Origin: Lama guanicoe
Lineage: Eukaryota
Assembly (NCBI GenBank): GCA_013239625.1
Contig: MU056000.1
Span: 12,411,175 to 12,475,174 of the forward strand
Length of the DNA: 64,000 nucleotides
Reading direction: 5' to 3'
Shown piece after piece: positions 63,296 through 64,000 of this stretch (its first letter is position 1; the number at the start of each line of letters is the position of its first letter). Under the pieces are notes generated by a model that searched no databases, was not told the DNA's origin, and worked only from the letters and a program-made list of their open reading frames with translations. The position numbers and the translations under genes are program-made.

Positions 63296-63923
63296 CATCT
63301 AGCTTCATAGAGGGTGTGCTGGAATGAGGGTCAATTAATACTGACCATATTAAATTATTCAATATTTATGTTCAAATAAATAAAAAGCTTTAGAGGCAAC
63401 CCTAGTTGTAATTTGCTTCCCTGTTCTTATGCCATGTTTCTCTTATACCATATTCTTTGTTCTTTCATTTCAATGGCAGAAAGACAAAAGAAGAAATGAA
63501 AAAGACAGCAAAATCCCTCTGCCCCTGGCTTTAACATGTGAACATTTCCAGCCCGCAGGCCTTTGTCTAATTTGGTGCAACACCTGTGCAGTCCAGGAGC
63601 CCGTTCCGCTGCAAAACCTCTAGCGTAGTATGGGGTCTTCACGACCACCCGGATTCATTTAAAATAGTAATTAAATTCTGGTAAGTTTTTTCCTATTAAT
63701 TGAAAATGGACTTACCTTTCCCCAGCTGAATGCAGATGCAATTGCCTTTGGAGTCTGCCTCTCTAAATATGGTTACATTTTGTCACCCTGATTTTGGATA
63801 ATATTCCTGCTCTCAAATCCACGCCCAGGTCAAGAGGGCAGAACCATCCTGGAGAACCAGCAGCTCCATCTTTTTTTTTTTTTCTTTGCTGAGATGTAGG
63901 CGACCATGAAAGTAATCCAGACA

Positions 63924-63937
63924 CAGCCAGAGGGCGC
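63924..63937 (+). promoter_or_regulatory. CTCF-like motif CAGCCAGAGGGCGC
   Basis: Near-consensus match. Confidence 0.45.
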
Positions 63938-64000
63938 CCAAATGCCGCAAATGAGAGTTCCAAAGGTTCAGATGGGTTTTGCGGGAAGGTAAAATTGGCT

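Noticed and set aside
1-64000. Prokaryotic-type systems (CRISPR, operons, defence islands)
   Set aside because: The sequence is mammalian; no repeat-spacer arrays or operon-like gene density.

Overview
Mammalian genomic DNA, probably camelid: there are six copies of a vic-1-type tRNA-derived SINE. The window is repeat-rich, has four N gaps and contains no intact protein-coding gene that I can support. Main result: 198-15513 on the minus strand holds a decayed, intron-containing gene that the ORF track does not reveal. I reconstructed about 17 exons by hand (about 3.1 kb coding, roughly 1000 aa). Splice sites are mostly canonical and exon phases are compatible, with many stops and frameshifts. 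The product has an MG- N-terminus and two degenerate CCHC zinc knuckles. Four exons are split by old transposons (LTR33/LTR16-like, MER21, MER58A, L1MC-like). Removing three of them restores the reading frame, which suggests a gene lost early in placental evolution; I cannot name it. Also present: a full-length KARS1 processed pseudogene of the mitochondrial (exon-2-containing) isoform with poly(A) and TSD, nested in an old L1; a solo ERV LTR with a perfect TSD; two unusually similar MLT1-derived segments, one fused to an L1 fragment; and a cluster of CTCF-like motifs at 47-64 kb. Repeat family names are recalled from consensus sequences and were not checked with RepeatMasker.
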